Below are positions 21,386 through 33,066 of a DNA stretch of 64,000 nucleotides, piece after piece. The position numbers were made by a program, and so were the translations under genes. A model generated the notes under the pieces. That model had not been told where the DNA came from, did not search any database, and worked only from the letters and a program-made list of their open reading frames with translations. Source of the stretch: Anaeromyxobacteraceae bacterium (GTDB taxonomy: Bacteria; Myxococcota; Myxococcia; Myxococcales; Anaeromyxobacteraceae); contig JAULAX010000017.1 in assembly GCA_032654565.1 (NCBI GenBank), positions 256,001-320,000 of the forward strand, read 5' to 3'. How positions within the stretch are numbered: the first letter of the stretch is position 1; every line of letters starts with the position of its first letter.

Positions 21386-22477
21386 ATGGTGTTCGCCCCG
21401 CTGGTCGCCCTGGCCCTCGCTGCGGTGCCGGCCGAGACCGGCCGCATGCCGCCCCTGCCGCGCGAGCTCTTCAGCATCGCCTGGAAGCGGTCGCTGGTGC
21501 ACGCCGAGTTCGGCGACTACCTGGCCGGCGAGCTGGGCGGCGCCGCGGTGGATGCCGCCAGCGGGCTGGTGCTGGTGGGGACGCGCGACGGCTGGCTCCA
21601 CGCCCTGCGCCCCGACGGGTCGCTGGCCTGGGAGTTCCGCGGCGGTGGCGCCTTCGCCGCGGAGCCGCTGGTCGCCGGCGGGACCGTCTACGCCGGCTGC
21701 CAGGACGGCCGGCTCTACGCCCTGGCGCTCGACAGCGGGCAGGTCCGCTGGAGCTACGACGCCAAGGAGCAGCTGGGGACCCGGCCGCTCCTGGTGAAGG
21801 GGCTGGTGCTGGTGGCCAGCCTGCAGGACACCGTCTTCGCCGTGGACGCCGCCAGCGGCGCCTGGCGCTGGCACCACCGCCGGGAGCCCGGCGAGGGGTT
21901 CACCATCCACGGCGCCGCCTCGGTGCAGGCCGACGGCGAGCGGCTCTTCGCCGCCTACTCCGACGGCACCGTCACCGCGCTGGAGACCGCCTCGGGGCGG
22001 GTCCGGTGGGAGCAGCACGTCGCCCCCGCTGGCCGCTACACAGACGTCGACTCGCTGGCCCTCGCCGATGGTCGCCTCTACCTGGCCGCCTACTCCGGCG
22101 CCGTCATGGCGCTCGACGGCGCCACCGGCAAGACCCTCTGGAGCCAGCCCCACGCCGACGCCTCGCGGGTGCTGGTGGACCGGGGGGCGCTGCTGGCGGT
22201 GACCGGCAAGGAGGTGGTCTCCCTCTCCTTGAAGGACGGAACCCCCAACTGGACCGCGCCGCTGCAGGGCGCCACCGGGGGGGCGCTGCGCGTCACCGGC
22301 CGCTGGCTGCTGGTGCCGGCCCGCGACGGCGGCCTGCGCTTCTACGAGGCGGCCAGCGGGCGGCTGCTGCGCGTGCTCGACCCCGGCTCCGGCGTCTCCT
22401 CGACGCCGGCCGTCCTCGGGCGGCGGGCCTACGTGCTCTCCAACGCCGGCACGCTGCTGGCGCTCGACCTGGAGTAG
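21386..22477 (+). CDS. PQQ-type beta-propeller protein (BamB-like)
   Basis: Repeated DG.L.AL...G...W blades; signal peptide. Confidence 0.85.
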   Translation: MVFAPLVALALAAVPAETGRMPPLPRELFSIAWKRSLVHAEFGDYLAGELGGAAVDAASGLVLVGTRDGWLHALRPDGSLAWEFRGGGAFAAEPLVAGGTVYAGCQDGRLYALALDSGQVRWSYDAKEQLGTRPLLVKGLVLVASLQDTVFAVDAASGAWRWHHRREPGEGFTIHGAASVQADGERLFAAYSDGTVTALETASGRVRWEQHVAPAGRYTDVDSLALADGRLYLAAYSGAVMALDGATGKTLWSQPHADASRVLVDRGALLAVTGKEVVSLSLKDGTPNWTAPLQGATGGALRVTGRWLLVPARDGGLRFYEAASGRLLRVLDPGSGVSSTPAVLGRRAYVLSNAGTLLALDLE

Positions 22478-22481
22478 CCCG

Positions 22482-22889
22482 GTGAGGTCGGTCCGCGTCG
22501 TGGCGGCGGTGATCCGCGGCCCGGACGGCGTGCTCATCAGCCGGCGCCCGGCCGACGCCGAGCGGGGCGGGCAGTGGGAGTTCCCGGGCGGCAAGGTGGA
22601 GCCCGGCGAGCCCGAGCCGGCGGCGCTGCTCCGCGAGATCGCCGAGGAGCTGGGCTGCGGCGTCGAGGTGGGTGGGCTGCTCACCCGGCACCGCCACCGC
22701 TACCCCGACCTGGAGGTGGAGCTGGCCTTCTACGCCTGCCGCCTGGCCCCGGGGGCGGCGCCGCGGGCCATCGGCGTCGCGGCGCTGGCCTGGGCGCCTC
22801 CGGGCACGCTGGCCGGCTACGACTTCTGCGAGGCCGACCTGCCGGTGCTGCCGCTCATCGAGGCCGTCCTGGCGGGCGAAGAGGCGTAG
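22482..22889 (+). CDS. NUDIX hydrolase (MutT/NudG-like)
   Basis: WEFPGGKVEPGE...ALLREIAEELG Nudix box. Confidence 0.92.
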   Translation: MRSVRVVAAVIRGPDGVLISRRPADAERGGQWEFPGGKVEPGEPEPAALLREIAEELGCGVEVGGLLTRHRHRYPDLEVELAFYACRLAPGAAPRAIGVAALAWAPPGTLAGYDFCEADLPVLPLIEAVLAGEEA

Positions 22890-22898
22890 CGCCCCGCG

Positions 22899-23423
22899 CT
22901 AGCGCCGCTTCCGCGACCGGCCCCGGGCCGGCTCGGGCTCGCCCGCCACCAGCACCTGCCACTCGACCGGGGCGTAGCGCCGGCCGTCCTCGCCGTGCAG
23001 CTCCAGGGAGGCGGCGCCGTCGACGCGCAGCCGCAGCCCCGCCCCGGGGGCCAGCGGCGCCTCGGGGCGGAGCGTCAGGACCGTGACCGCTCCGACCTCT
23101 CGCTCCCCGCTGGACGGGACGAAGGCGTCGCCGCCGTCGAGCAGCGAGAGCCGGGCGTCGGCGAGCCGGAGCCGCAGCTCGACGCGGAAGCTGGCCCGGG
23201 GCGGCACGGTGGTCTCGCCGCGGCTCGCCAGCACCGTGGTCAGCGCGCCGAGCTGCGCCTGGGCGGTGGCCCCGCCCAGCTCGAGCACCGGAGGCGGGGA
23301 GGGGACGACGTTGGCGGCGGCCACGTTGGCGGCCGCCGTGGGCGGAGGCGGGGCGGTGACCGCCGAGCCGGGCTGGCAGGCGGCCAGGGCCAGGACCAGG
23401 GCGGGGAGGGCGTGCCGGTTCAC
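22899..23423 (-). CDS. Hypothetical lipoprotein, possibly Ig-like
   Basis: Lipobox LAAC; TLRPEAPLAPG..L.V resembles bacterial Ig-like (Big_5) domains; start overlaps the dcp stop. Confidence 0.6.
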   Translation of the reverse strand: MNRHALPALVLALAACQPGSAVTAPPPPTAAANVAAANVVPSPPPVLELGGATAQAQLGALTTVLASRGETTVPPRASFRVELRLRLADARLSLLDGGDAFVPSSGEREVGAVTVLTLRPEAPLAPGAGLRLRVDGAASLELHGEDGRRYAPVEWQVLVAGEPEPARGRSRKRR

Positions 23424-25543
23424 CGGGGCTTGGCAGCGGCCTTGGGCTCGGGGAAGCCACGCCGGCGCATCAGGGCGCCGACCCCGGCGTCGCGCCCGCG
23501 GAAGGCCCGGTAGCCCTCGGCGGGATCGACGGTGTTGCCCACCGAGAAGACGTGGGCCTTGAGCCTGCGGGCCACCGCCGCGTCGTAGGGGCCGCCGGCC
23601 TCGGTGAAGGCCTCGAAGGCGTCGGCGCCGAGGGTGTCGGCCCAGAGGTAGCTGTAGTAGCCGGCGGCGTAGCCGTCGGAGCTGAAGAGGTGGCTGAACT
23701 GCGGCAGCCGGTGGCGCATCACCAGCTCCCGGGGCATGCCCAGCGCCGCCAGCGTCTCCCGCTCGAAGACGGCCGGATCGACCGGCCCGGTGGCCAGGTG
23801 GAGCTTCATGTCCACCAGGGCCGAGGAGAGGTACTCCACCGTGGTGAAGCCCTGGTTGAAGCGGGCCGCCTTCTCGATCTTGGCCAGCAGGGCCCGGGGC
23901 ATGGGCTGGCCGGTGGTGGCGTGGCGGGCGAAGCGCTCCAGCAGCTCGGGGGTGGCCAGCCAGCGCTCCAGGATCTGCGAGGGGAACTCCACGTAGTCGC
24001 GGTCGACGTCGGTGCCGGAGAGCGACGGGTAGCTGACGCTGGAGCAGAGGCCGTGGAGGGCGTGGCCGAACTCGTGGAAGAGCGTGTCGGCGTCGTCCCA
24101 GCCGATCAGCACCGGCTGGCCGGGCGCACCCTTGACGAAGTTGGAGTTGTTGGAGACCAGGGTGGTGACCTCGCCGTCGAAGCGCGACTGGTTCAGGTAG
24201 GCGTTCATCCAGGCGCCGGAGCGCTTGCCGGGGCGGGCGAAGGGGTCGAAGTACCAGAGCCCCACCAGCCTGCCGGCGCCGTCCTTGACCTGCCAGACCC
24301 GGACGTCGGGGTCGGGCACCGGGACGCCGGCCGCCGGGGTGAAGTGCAGGTCGAAGAGCCGACCGGCCACCCAGAACATCCCCTCGCGGAGCTGCTCCAG
24401 CTGCAGGTAGGGCTTCACCTCGGCGTCGTCGAGGTCGTACTTCGCCTTGCGGACCTTCTCGGCGTAGAAGCGGTAGTCCCAGGGCTCGATGGTGAGGCCG
24501 GGGGACTCGCGGGTGGCGATGGCCTGCATGTCGGCCACCTCCTCGCGGACCCGCGCCACCGCCGCCGGCCAGACCGCCTCCATGAGGGCGACGGCGCGCG
24601 CCGGCGTCCCGGCCATGGAGTCCTCGAGCTTCCAGTGGGCGTGGGTGGGGTAGCCGAGCAGCCGGGCCCGCTCGCCCCGCAGGGCGAGGATCTCGGTGAT
24701 CAGCGTGCCGGTGTCGCGGGCATCGCGGTGATCGCCGCGACTCACGAACATCTCCCAGACCTGCTGGCGCAGGGCCCGGCGGGTCGAGTGGGTCAGGAAG
24801 GGGTCGACGCTGGAGCGGGTGTTGAGGACCACCCAGCCCTTCAGCTTGCGGGCCCGGGCGGCCTCGGCGGCGGCGGACCGGTAGCCGGCCGGCAGCCCCT
24901 CCAGGTCGGCCTCCTTGGTGATGACCACCCGCAGCTCCGACTCCTCGCCCATCAACCGCTGGGAGAAGGCGGTGAAGAGGCCGGCCAGCCGCTCGTTGAT
25001 GGCGGCGACCCGGAGCTTGGCCGCGGCGTCCACCCGGGCGCCGGCGCGCACGAAGCTGTTCCAGCGGAACCAGGTGAGCCGCTTCTGCTCCGGCGTCAGG
25101 CCGGCGGTGTCGCGGGCCGCCTGGACCGCCTCGATGCGGGCGAAGAGCCTGGCGTTCTGGAAGATCCGGTCGCGCTGCGCGGCCAGCCGCGGCTCCATCT
25201 CGGTCTCCACCGCCTGGACCGCCGGGGTGCTGAAGTTGGAGCCGAAGACTCCGAAGACGGCCTGGACCCGTTCGGCCAGCCGCCGGCTCCGCTCCAGCGC
25301 CGCGATGGTGTTCTCGAAGCTGGCCGGCCGGGGATCGTTGGCGATGGCCTCCACGGCGGCCAGCTCAGCGACCATGGCCGCCTCGAGGGCGGGCTTGAGG
25401 TGCTCCACGCGGGCGGTGTCGAAGGGTGGCACGCCGCCATACGGGCCGGTCCAGGGGGCCAGCAGCGGGTTGGGCGGCGGGGTGGCGGCGGGGGCGGGCG
25501 TGGCGGTCAGCATGAGGGCAAGCGAAAGGCCGGCGAGCGGCAT
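23420..25543 (-). CDS. dcp: M3 family metallopeptidase (peptidyl-dipeptidase Dcp-like), secreted
   Basis: NPLLAPW, KRSGAWM, TLFHEFGHALH, DYVEFPSQ, YAAGYYSYLW; signal peptide from ATG 25543. Confidence 0.92.
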   Translation of the reverse strand: MPLAGLSLALMLTATPAPAATPPPNPLLAPWTGPYGGVPPFDTARVEHLKPALEAAMVAELAAVEAIANDPRPASFENTIAALERSRRLAERVQAVFGVFGSNFSTPAVQAVETEMEPRLAAQRDRIFQNARLFARIEAVQAARDTAGLTPEQKRLTWFRWNSFVRAGARVDAAAKLRVAAINERLAGLFTAFSQRLMGEESELRVVITKEADLEGLPAGYRSAAAEAARARKLKGWVVLNTRSSVDPFLTHSTRRALRQQVWEMFVSRGDHRDARDTGTLITEILALRGERARLLGYPTHAHWKLEDSMAGTPARAVALMEAVWPAAVARVREEVADMQAIATRESPGLTIEPWDYRFYAEKVRKAKYDLDDAEVKPYLQLEQLREGMFWVAGRLFDLHFTPAAGVPVPDPDVRVWQVKDGAGRLVGLWYFDPFARPGKRSGAWMNAYLNQSRFDGEVTTLVSNNSNFVKGAPGQPVLIGWDDADTLFHEFGHALHGLCSSVSYPSLSGTDVDRDYVEFPSQILERWLATPELLERFARHATTGQPMPRALLAKIEKAARFNQGFTTVEYLSSALVDMKLHLATGPVDPAVFERETLAALGMPRELVMRHRLPQFSHLFSSDGYAAGYYSYLWADTLGADAFEAFTEAGGPYDAAVARRLKAHVFSVGNTVDPAEGYRAFRGRDAGVGALMRRRGFPEPKAAAKPR

Positions 25544-25740
25544 CGAGGACGCCTCGGGGAAGGGGTGGCCCGGGAGTCTACTCGACCTGCGACCGGCGCC
25601 ACGACTCCCTGATCCATCCCGCGGTCCTCGGCGTGAGGCCCCGGCACGGCCTCTCCGGTGCCCAGCCTTTCTGTTGCCTGGCCGCTGAGGCCCCGCCTTG
25701 GTCAAGCCGCGCGGCTGGTCCGCGGCTACATGGCACCCCC

Positions 25741-26271
25741 ATGGATGCCCACTTCGATCAGGTCATGCGCCTCCGGGCCGAGCTGGCGCGCCAGTCGGCG
25801 CCCCCCAGGCCCTACTTTGCCTACTCCACGATCCTCGACCGGACCGCCTTCGAGGCCTGGCGCTCCGAGCACGGGTACGACTCCTTCGACCTGCCGGAGG
25901 GGCCCGTCGTCGAGGCGCTCGACGTCGACCTGACCTACGACTTCCCGTCCCGCTGGTGGGGCGGCCGGGTGGCGGGGCTGGTGAATCGGCCGGGGGCCTC
26001 GGTCTTCGGGCGGCTCTTCACGGTGGCGGGCGTGGACTGGCCCATCGTGCAGCACAAGGAGGGCGGGATCACCGGGATGAGCGTGGAGCGCCCGGTCTGG
26101 GTGCTCGCCGGCGGGGAGCGGGTCGAGGCCACGGCCTTCACCACCAACCCCGCGCGCGCCTCGCTCGAGGGGCCCGTGAGCCCGCGCTTCGTCGAGGCGC
26201 TGGTGCGGGGAGCCCGCGCCGCGGGACTTCCAGCTTCCTACCTGGAGAGGCTCGTTCGGTCAGGGGCTTGA
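25741..26271 (+). CDS. Gamma-glutamylcyclotransferase-like protein
   Basis: YFAYST (variant of YFAYGS), KEG, and PS..F...LV.GA...GLP..Y C-terminus. Confidence 0.7.
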   Translation: MDAHFDQVMRLRAELARQSAPPRPYFAYSTILDRTAFEAWRSEHGYDSFDLPEGPVVEALDVDLTYDFPSRWWGGRVAGLVNRPGASVFGRLFTVAGVDWPIVQHKEGGITGMSVERPVWVLAGGERVEATAFTTNPARASLEGPVSPRFVEALVRGARAAGLPASYLERLVRSGA

Positions 26272-26337
26272 GCGGAGGCGGAGGCGGACCGTACCAGGTG
26301 GCTGGGTCCGTAATTGTCATGTGGGCGCTACATCTGT

Positions 26338-26365
26338 ACGTCCGATAATATGTATTATGGTGACT
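26338..26365 (+). other. dif: dif site (XerCD chromosome dimer resolution site)
   Basis: ACGTCCGATAA-TATGTA-TTATGGTGACT: 11-6-11 layout with the ATAA/TTAT core of E. coli dif (GGTGCGCATAA-TGTATA-TTATGTTAAAT); intergenic, AT-rich, near the gene-strand switch. Confidence 0.88.
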
Positions 26366-26719
26366 CGGAGTCTCTCCGGGCCCTCCTGGGAGACGCACCA
26401 TATGGCGCATTCCAGGTCCTTCAGAACGCCGGGCCGGGCCCTTCCTCCGGTTGCTCCAGCGCTCTCTTCTGATGGAGCGTGGTCCTTCACTGTATGACGG
26501 CCGCCACCCCTTCCGTCGACCGGAGGGCGCCATGACCCTGATCGGCGCCTGCGCCACGGCCTTGAACGCCTGCGGCGCCGACCAGGGCCCCCTGCTGGCC
26601 TGACCGCTCCACCGGCCTGGCCAGCACCCGCACCAACCTGGCAGGTACGCCTCGTCTTGCCGCGGCCCGGGGGCCCGTGCCAACGTCGCGGCCCCCATCC
26701 CACCTCAGGAGCCCCGCCC

Positions 26720-27907
26720 ATGACCTCGCCCGTCCCCGCCGAGCTCAATCCCCCCCAGCGGCTGCTGCTCGGTCCCGGCCCCAGCATGGTCAGCCCGCGG
26801 GTCCTGCGGGCCATGTCCACGCCGCTGGTGGGCCACCTCGACCCGGCCTTCCTGGCGATCATGAACGAGGTCCAGGCCATGCTCCGGGCGGCCTTCCAGA
26901 CCCAGAACCCGTTCACCATCGTCATCTCCGGGACCGGGTCGGCCGGCATGGAGGCGGCGCTGGTCAACACCATCGAGCCGGGTGACACCGTCATCGTCGG
27001 GGTCAACGGCGTCTTCGGCACCCGCATGGCCGACATCGTGGGGCGCTGCGGTGCGACCTTGGTGAAGCTGGAGGTCCCCTGGGGCCAGACCTTCACCCGG
27101 GCCGCCGTCGAGGAGGCGCTGAGGAAGGCCGGCAAGGTGAAGGCGGTGGCGCTGGTCCACGCCGAGACCTCCACCGGCGCCCAGCAGCCGCTCGACGGGC
27201 TGGGCCAGCTCTGCCACGACCACGGCGCCCTGCTGATCGTCGACGCCGTCACCTCCCTGGGCGGCGTGCCGGTCACGGTCGACGCCTGGGGGGCCGACGT
27301 GGTCTACAGCGGCACGCAGAAGTGCCTCTCCTGCCCGCCCGGCCTGGCGCCGCTCACCCTCTCGCCGAGGGCCCTCGAGGTGGTGAAGGGGCGCAAGGGC
27401 AAGTGCCCGAGCTGGTACCTCGACCTCGGGATGATCGCCGACTACTGGGCCGACGGGAAGCGCGCCTACCACCACACCGCCCCCATCAGCATGGTCTACG
27501 CGCTGCGCGAGTCGCTCCGGATCGTGCTCGAGGAGGGGCTGGAGCCGCGCTTCGCCCGCCACCGGCTCCACAGCCGGGCGCTGCTGGCCGGGCTGGCGGT
27601 GCTGGGCTGCACCCCCAACGCGGCCGACGGGCACCGGCTCCCCTCCCTCAACTGCGTCACCGTGCCGGCCGGCATCGACGAGGCGGCCACCCGCAAGGCC
27701 CTGCTCAACGAGTTCAACATCGAGATCGGCGGCGGGATGGGGCCGCTGGCGGGCAAGGTCTGGCGCATCGGCCTGATGGGCGAATCGTCCAGGCAGGACC
27801 ACGTGGTGGCGGTCCTGGCCGCGCTGGAGCTGCTGCTGCGGCGCGCCGGCAAGGCGCCACCGCCGGGCGGCGCCGTGGCCGCCGCGCTGGAGGTCTACGC
27901 CGCCTGA
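26720..27907 (+). CDS. Alanine-glyoxylate / serine-pyruvate aminotransferase (class V PLP enzyme)
   Basis: LLLGPGPS, SGTGSAGME, VHAETSTG, DAVTSLGG, SGTQKCLSCPPG, YHHTAP. Confidence 0.93.
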   Translation: MTSPVPAELNPPQRLLLGPGPSMVSPRVLRAMSTPLVGHLDPAFLAIMNEVQAMLRAAFQTQNPFTIVISGTGSAGMEAALVNTIEPGDTVIVGVNGVFGTRMADIVGRCGATLVKLEVPWGQTFTRAAVEEALRKAGKVKAVALVHAETSTGAQQPLDGLGQLCHDHGALLIVDAVTSLGGVPVTVDAWGADVVYSGTQKCLSCPPGLAPLTLSPRALEVVKGRKGKCPSWYLDLGMIADYWADGKRAYHHTAPISMVYALRESLRIVLEEGLEPRFARHRLHSRALLAGLAVLGCTPNAADGHRLPSLNCVTVPAGIDEAATRKALLNEFNIEIGGGMGPLAGKVWRIGLMGESSRQDHVVAVLAALELLLRRAGKAPPPGGAVAAALEVYAA

Positions 27908-28045
27908 CCGTCGCTGGGGCGGGCGCCGGAGACCCCTTCGAGCCGCGGGCGGCGGCCTACGCCAGGGAGGATTGAGCCGCTGCCCGCTTCGCGCATGAGG
28001 CGGACATCACAACCACCTGATCTCACAGCACTGTTCCATTCCCGA

Positions 28046-28058
28046 ATTACTCTGGGAC
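28046..28058 (+). repeat. Dispersed repeat ATTACTCTGGGAC, copy 1
   Basis: Exact match to the cores of the two copies at 37097 and 37130. Confidence 0.75.
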
Positions 28059-28155
28059 CGGAACGTGGACCGGATTGGTCGATCGGCTTGCCGCGCTGCG
28101 CTGCGCCTGCCATATCCCTCCCGCGGGCCACGCCGGCCCGAGGGGGCAACCAGCG

Positions 28156-28827
28156 ATGTCCGAGACGGTGGTCGTGATGGCAGAGCGCAGCGGCCGGCGG
28201 GAGACGCAGGCCCTCGAGCTCTACGCCGAGGCGCCGCTGCCGACCGCCCGTGGCCTCTTCAGGACCGTGGTCTTCCGCGAGAAGGCCACCGGCGCCGAGC
28301 ACGTCGCCATGGTCATGGGGGACGTCGCCGGTGACGCGGTGCTGGTCCGCGTCCACTCCGAGTGCCTCACCTCCGAGGTGCTCGGCTCGCTCAAGTGCGA
28401 CTGCCGGGCCCAGCTCGACCGGGCCCTCGACGCCATCGCCGCCCGCGGCCGCGGCGCGCTCCTCTACCTTCGCCAGGAGGGGCGCGGCATCGGCCTCGGC
28501 AACAAGATCAAGGCCTACGCCCTGCAGGCCCGCGGCCACGACACCTACCAGGCCAACCAGCTGCTCGGCTTCGCCGACGACCTGCGCCGCTACGACGTGG
28601 CCGCCGACATGCTGCGGCTGCTCAACGTCCGCAGCGTCCAGCTCATCACCAACAACCCGCTCAAGCTCGACGGGCTCCGTGAGGCCGGCGTGCAGGTGCG
28701 GCGGCGGGTCGCCCTGCCCTCCCCCTCCAACCCGTACTCTGAGGCCTACCTGCGGGTGAAGCGGGAGCAGACCGGCCACCTCATCACCACCGACGACGAG
28801 CTGGCCGTCTCCTCGACCGGGTCCTAG
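28156..28827 (+). CDS. ribA: GTP cyclohydrolase II
   Basis: VRVHSECLTSEVLGSLKCDC, YLRQEGRGIGL.NK, LITNNP. Confidence 0.95.
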   Translation: MSETVVVMAERSGRRETQALELYAEAPLPTARGLFRTVVFREKATGAEHVAMVMGDVAGDAVLVRVHSECLTSEVLGSLKCDCRAQLDRALDAIAARGRGALLYLRQEGRGIGLGNKIKAYALQARGHDTYQANQLLGFADDLRRYDVAADMLRLLNVRSVQLITNNPLKLDGLREAGVQVRRRVALPSPSNPYSEAYLRVKREQTGHLITTDDELAVSSTGS

Positions 28828-28849
28828 GCGCTCGGGCGCCGGGCCCCGC

Positions 28850-29998
28850 TCAGGGATCCCGCAGCAGCCGCCGGGCGATCACCAGCCGCTGGATCTCGCT
28901 GGTCCCCTCGTAGATGGTCTGCACCCGGGCGTCGCGGAACAGCTTGGCCACCGGGTACTCCTCGGTGTAGCCGTAGCCGCCGAAGATCTGCACCGCCCGA
29001 TCCACCACCCGCTGCGAGGCCTCGCTGGCGAAGAGCTTGGCCATGGCGGCGACCTGGCCGAAGGGCTGGCCCGCCTCCTTGGCCGCGGCGGCCCGCAGCG
29101 TCAGCAGCCGTGCGGCGGCGTGCGCGGTGGCCATGTCGGCCAGCATGAAGGAGATGGCCTGGTGCTCGGCGATGGGCTTGCCGAAGGTGCGGCGCTCCTT
29201 GGCGTAGCCGGCGGCGGCGTCGATGGCCGCCCGCATGGTCCCGGTGGCCTGGGCGGCGATGCCGATCCGCCCGCCGTCGAGCGCCGCCAGCGCCACCGCC
29301 AGCCCCTGGCCGATGGCCCCCAGCCGCGCCTCGTCGGGCAGCTCCACGCCGTCGAAGTTGAGCGAGACCGTGGAGGAGGCCCGCTGGCCCAGCTTCTCCT
29401 CGTGGCGCCCCACCGTGAAGCCGGCCATGCCCGGCTCGACCAGGAAGGCGGTCACCGCCTTGCCGCCGGCCAGCGCCGGATCGGTCCGGGCCCAGACCAC
29501 CAGCACCCCGGCCACGTCGCCGCTGGTGATCCACTGCTTGGCCCCGTCCAGCACCCAGCGCTCGCCCCGCCGCGTGGCCCGGGTGGTGAGCGCCGAGGTG
29601 TCGCTGCCGGCGCCGGCCTCGGAGAGCCCGAAGGCCCCGGCCAGGTGCTCGCCCGAGGCCAGCCGCGGCAGGTGGCGCGCCTTCTGCTCCGGCGAGCCGT
29701 AGCTGGCGATGGTCTCCGCCACCATGTTGGTGACCCCGGCGATGACCGCCACCGAGGCGTCGGCCGCGGCCAGCTCCATCATCGAGAGGGCGCCGGCCAC
29801 GGCGCCGGCCTCCGAGCCGCCGAACTCGGCCGGCACGTTGACGGCCAGCAGCCCCAGCTCGCCCAGCCCCCGGATCAGCTCGGCCGGGAAGACCCCGGCC
29901 CGGTCGTTGGCCGCCGCCGCCGGGGCGATCCGCTCCCGGGCGAAGGCCCGGGCCGTGGCGGCCACGGCGGCCTGGGCTTCGGTCGGCTCCAGCGTCAT
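28850..29998 (-). CDS. Acyl-CoA dehydrogenase
   Basis: LSEAGAGSD, GAKQWIT, LDGGRIGIA, QIFGGYGY, IYEGTSEIQR. Confidence 0.95.
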   Translation of the reverse strand: MTLEPTEAQAAVAATARAFARERIAPAAAANDRAGVFPAELIRGLGELGLLAVNVPAEFGGSEAGAVAGALSMMELAAADASVAVIAGVTNMVAETIASYGSPEQKARHLPRLASGEHLAGAFGLSEAGAGSDTSALTTRATRRGERWVLDGAKQWITSGDVAGVLVVWARTDPALAGGKAVTAFLVEPGMAGFTVGRHEEKLGQRASSTVSLNFDGVELPDEARLGAIGQGLAVALAALDGGRIGIAAQATGTMRAAIDAAAGYAKERRTFGKPIAEHQAISFMLADMATAHAAARLLTLRAAAAKEAGQPFGQVAAMAKLFASEASQRVVDRAVQIFGGYGYTEEYPVAKLFRDARVQTIYEGTSEIQRLVIARRLLRDP

Positions 29999-30018
29999 CG
30001 CTCGTCCCGTCGCGCCGC

Positions 30019-31161
<1,143 letters not shown>

Positions 31162-31219
31162 GGGTGTGACTCCCTGTCGGCGCCGCTGCCGGTCGCCGCG
31201 TGGTGTGAGGACTGCGGCG

Positions 31220-32005
31220 CTAGGGCGCCGTGAACCTGGCCGGGCGCTTCTCCAGGAAGGCGGCCATGCCCTCCCTGGCCTCGGCGCCGCCGAAGAGGCC
31301 GGCGAAGGCCAGCCGCTCGCCGTCGAGCGCCTGGGGGAGCGGCTGCTCCGCGCCCTGTTGCATGACCCGCTTGCAGAGCGCCACCGCGGCCGGGCCGCGC
31401 GAGGCGATGACCCGGGCCTTGGCCCGGGCATGCTCGAGGAGCTTATCCGGCGCCAGCACCTCGAGGCAGAGCCCGGCGGCGCGGGCCGCGGCGGCGTCGT
31501 AGACCTCGCCGGAGAAGATCATCTCCTTGGCCCGCATCAGCCCGACGCGACGGATGAGCCGCTGGGTGCCGCCGAAGCCGGGGATGAGGCCGAGGTTGAC
31601 CTCGGGCTGGCCGAAGCGGGCCTTGTCGCTGGCGTAGATCAGGTCGCAGGCCATGGCCAGCTCGCAGCCGCCGCCGAGCGCGAAGCCGTTGACGGCGGCG
31701 ATGGTCACCACCGGCAGGGCCTCGAGGGCGTTCAAGGTGCGGTGGCCCAGCGCCGCGAACTCGCGCGCCTCGGCCGGACCCAGCTTCGACATGGCGGCGA
31801 TGTCGGCGCCGGCCACGAAGGCCTTCTCGCCGGCCCCGGTGAGGATGACCGCCCGGACCTCGCCGGCCTGGGCGCGCGCCAGCTCCAGCGCCTGGGCGAT
31901 CTCGGCGAGGGTGGCGGCGTCGAGGGCGTTGAGCTGCTTGGGCCGGTTGATGGTGAGCGTGCCGATCCCCTCGGCGACGTCCCAGGTGACGTTCTGGAAG
32001 GACAT
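31220..32005 (-). CDS. crt: Enoyl-CoA hydratase (crotonase)
   Basis: INRPKQLNAL, AFVAGADI, ALGGGCELAMACD, GQPEVNLGLIPGFGGTQRL. Confidence 0.9.
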   Translation of the reverse strand: MSFQNVTWDVAEGIGTLTINRPKQLNALDAATLAEIAQALELARAQAGEVRAVILTGAGEKAFVAGADIAAMSKLGPAEAREFAALGHRTLNALEALPVVTIAAVNGFALGGGCELAMACDLIYASDKARFGQPEVNLGLIPGFGGTQRLIRRVGLMRAKEMIFSGEVYDAAAARAAGLCLEVLAPDKLLEHARAKARVIASRGPAAVALCKRVMQQGAEQPLPQALDGERLAFAGLFGGAEAREGMAAFLEKRPARFTAP

Positions 32006-32863
<858 letters not shown>

Positions 32864-33066
32864 GCGCACCCCCGGCTGAAAGTTCGGTTGACCGCATGTA
32901 AGAGAAGGGCCGAGCGCTTGTCAACGCGCGAGTGCGCGGCGCAGCACCGCGGCGGAAAGCCACTCTGACTTGACGGTGATCAGGGTGAGGCCACGCCCGC
33001 GGGGGGGCCGAAAGCGGCGTCGCGGACCCACCGCCCGGCGACGGGCCGGGCCCTCTTCACCGGCGC

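Noticed and set aside
27908..28155. FMN riboswitch before ribA
   Set aside because: Conserved RFN elements (GGGGTGAAATTCCC.ACCGGCGGT, AGTCCGGATG) not seen
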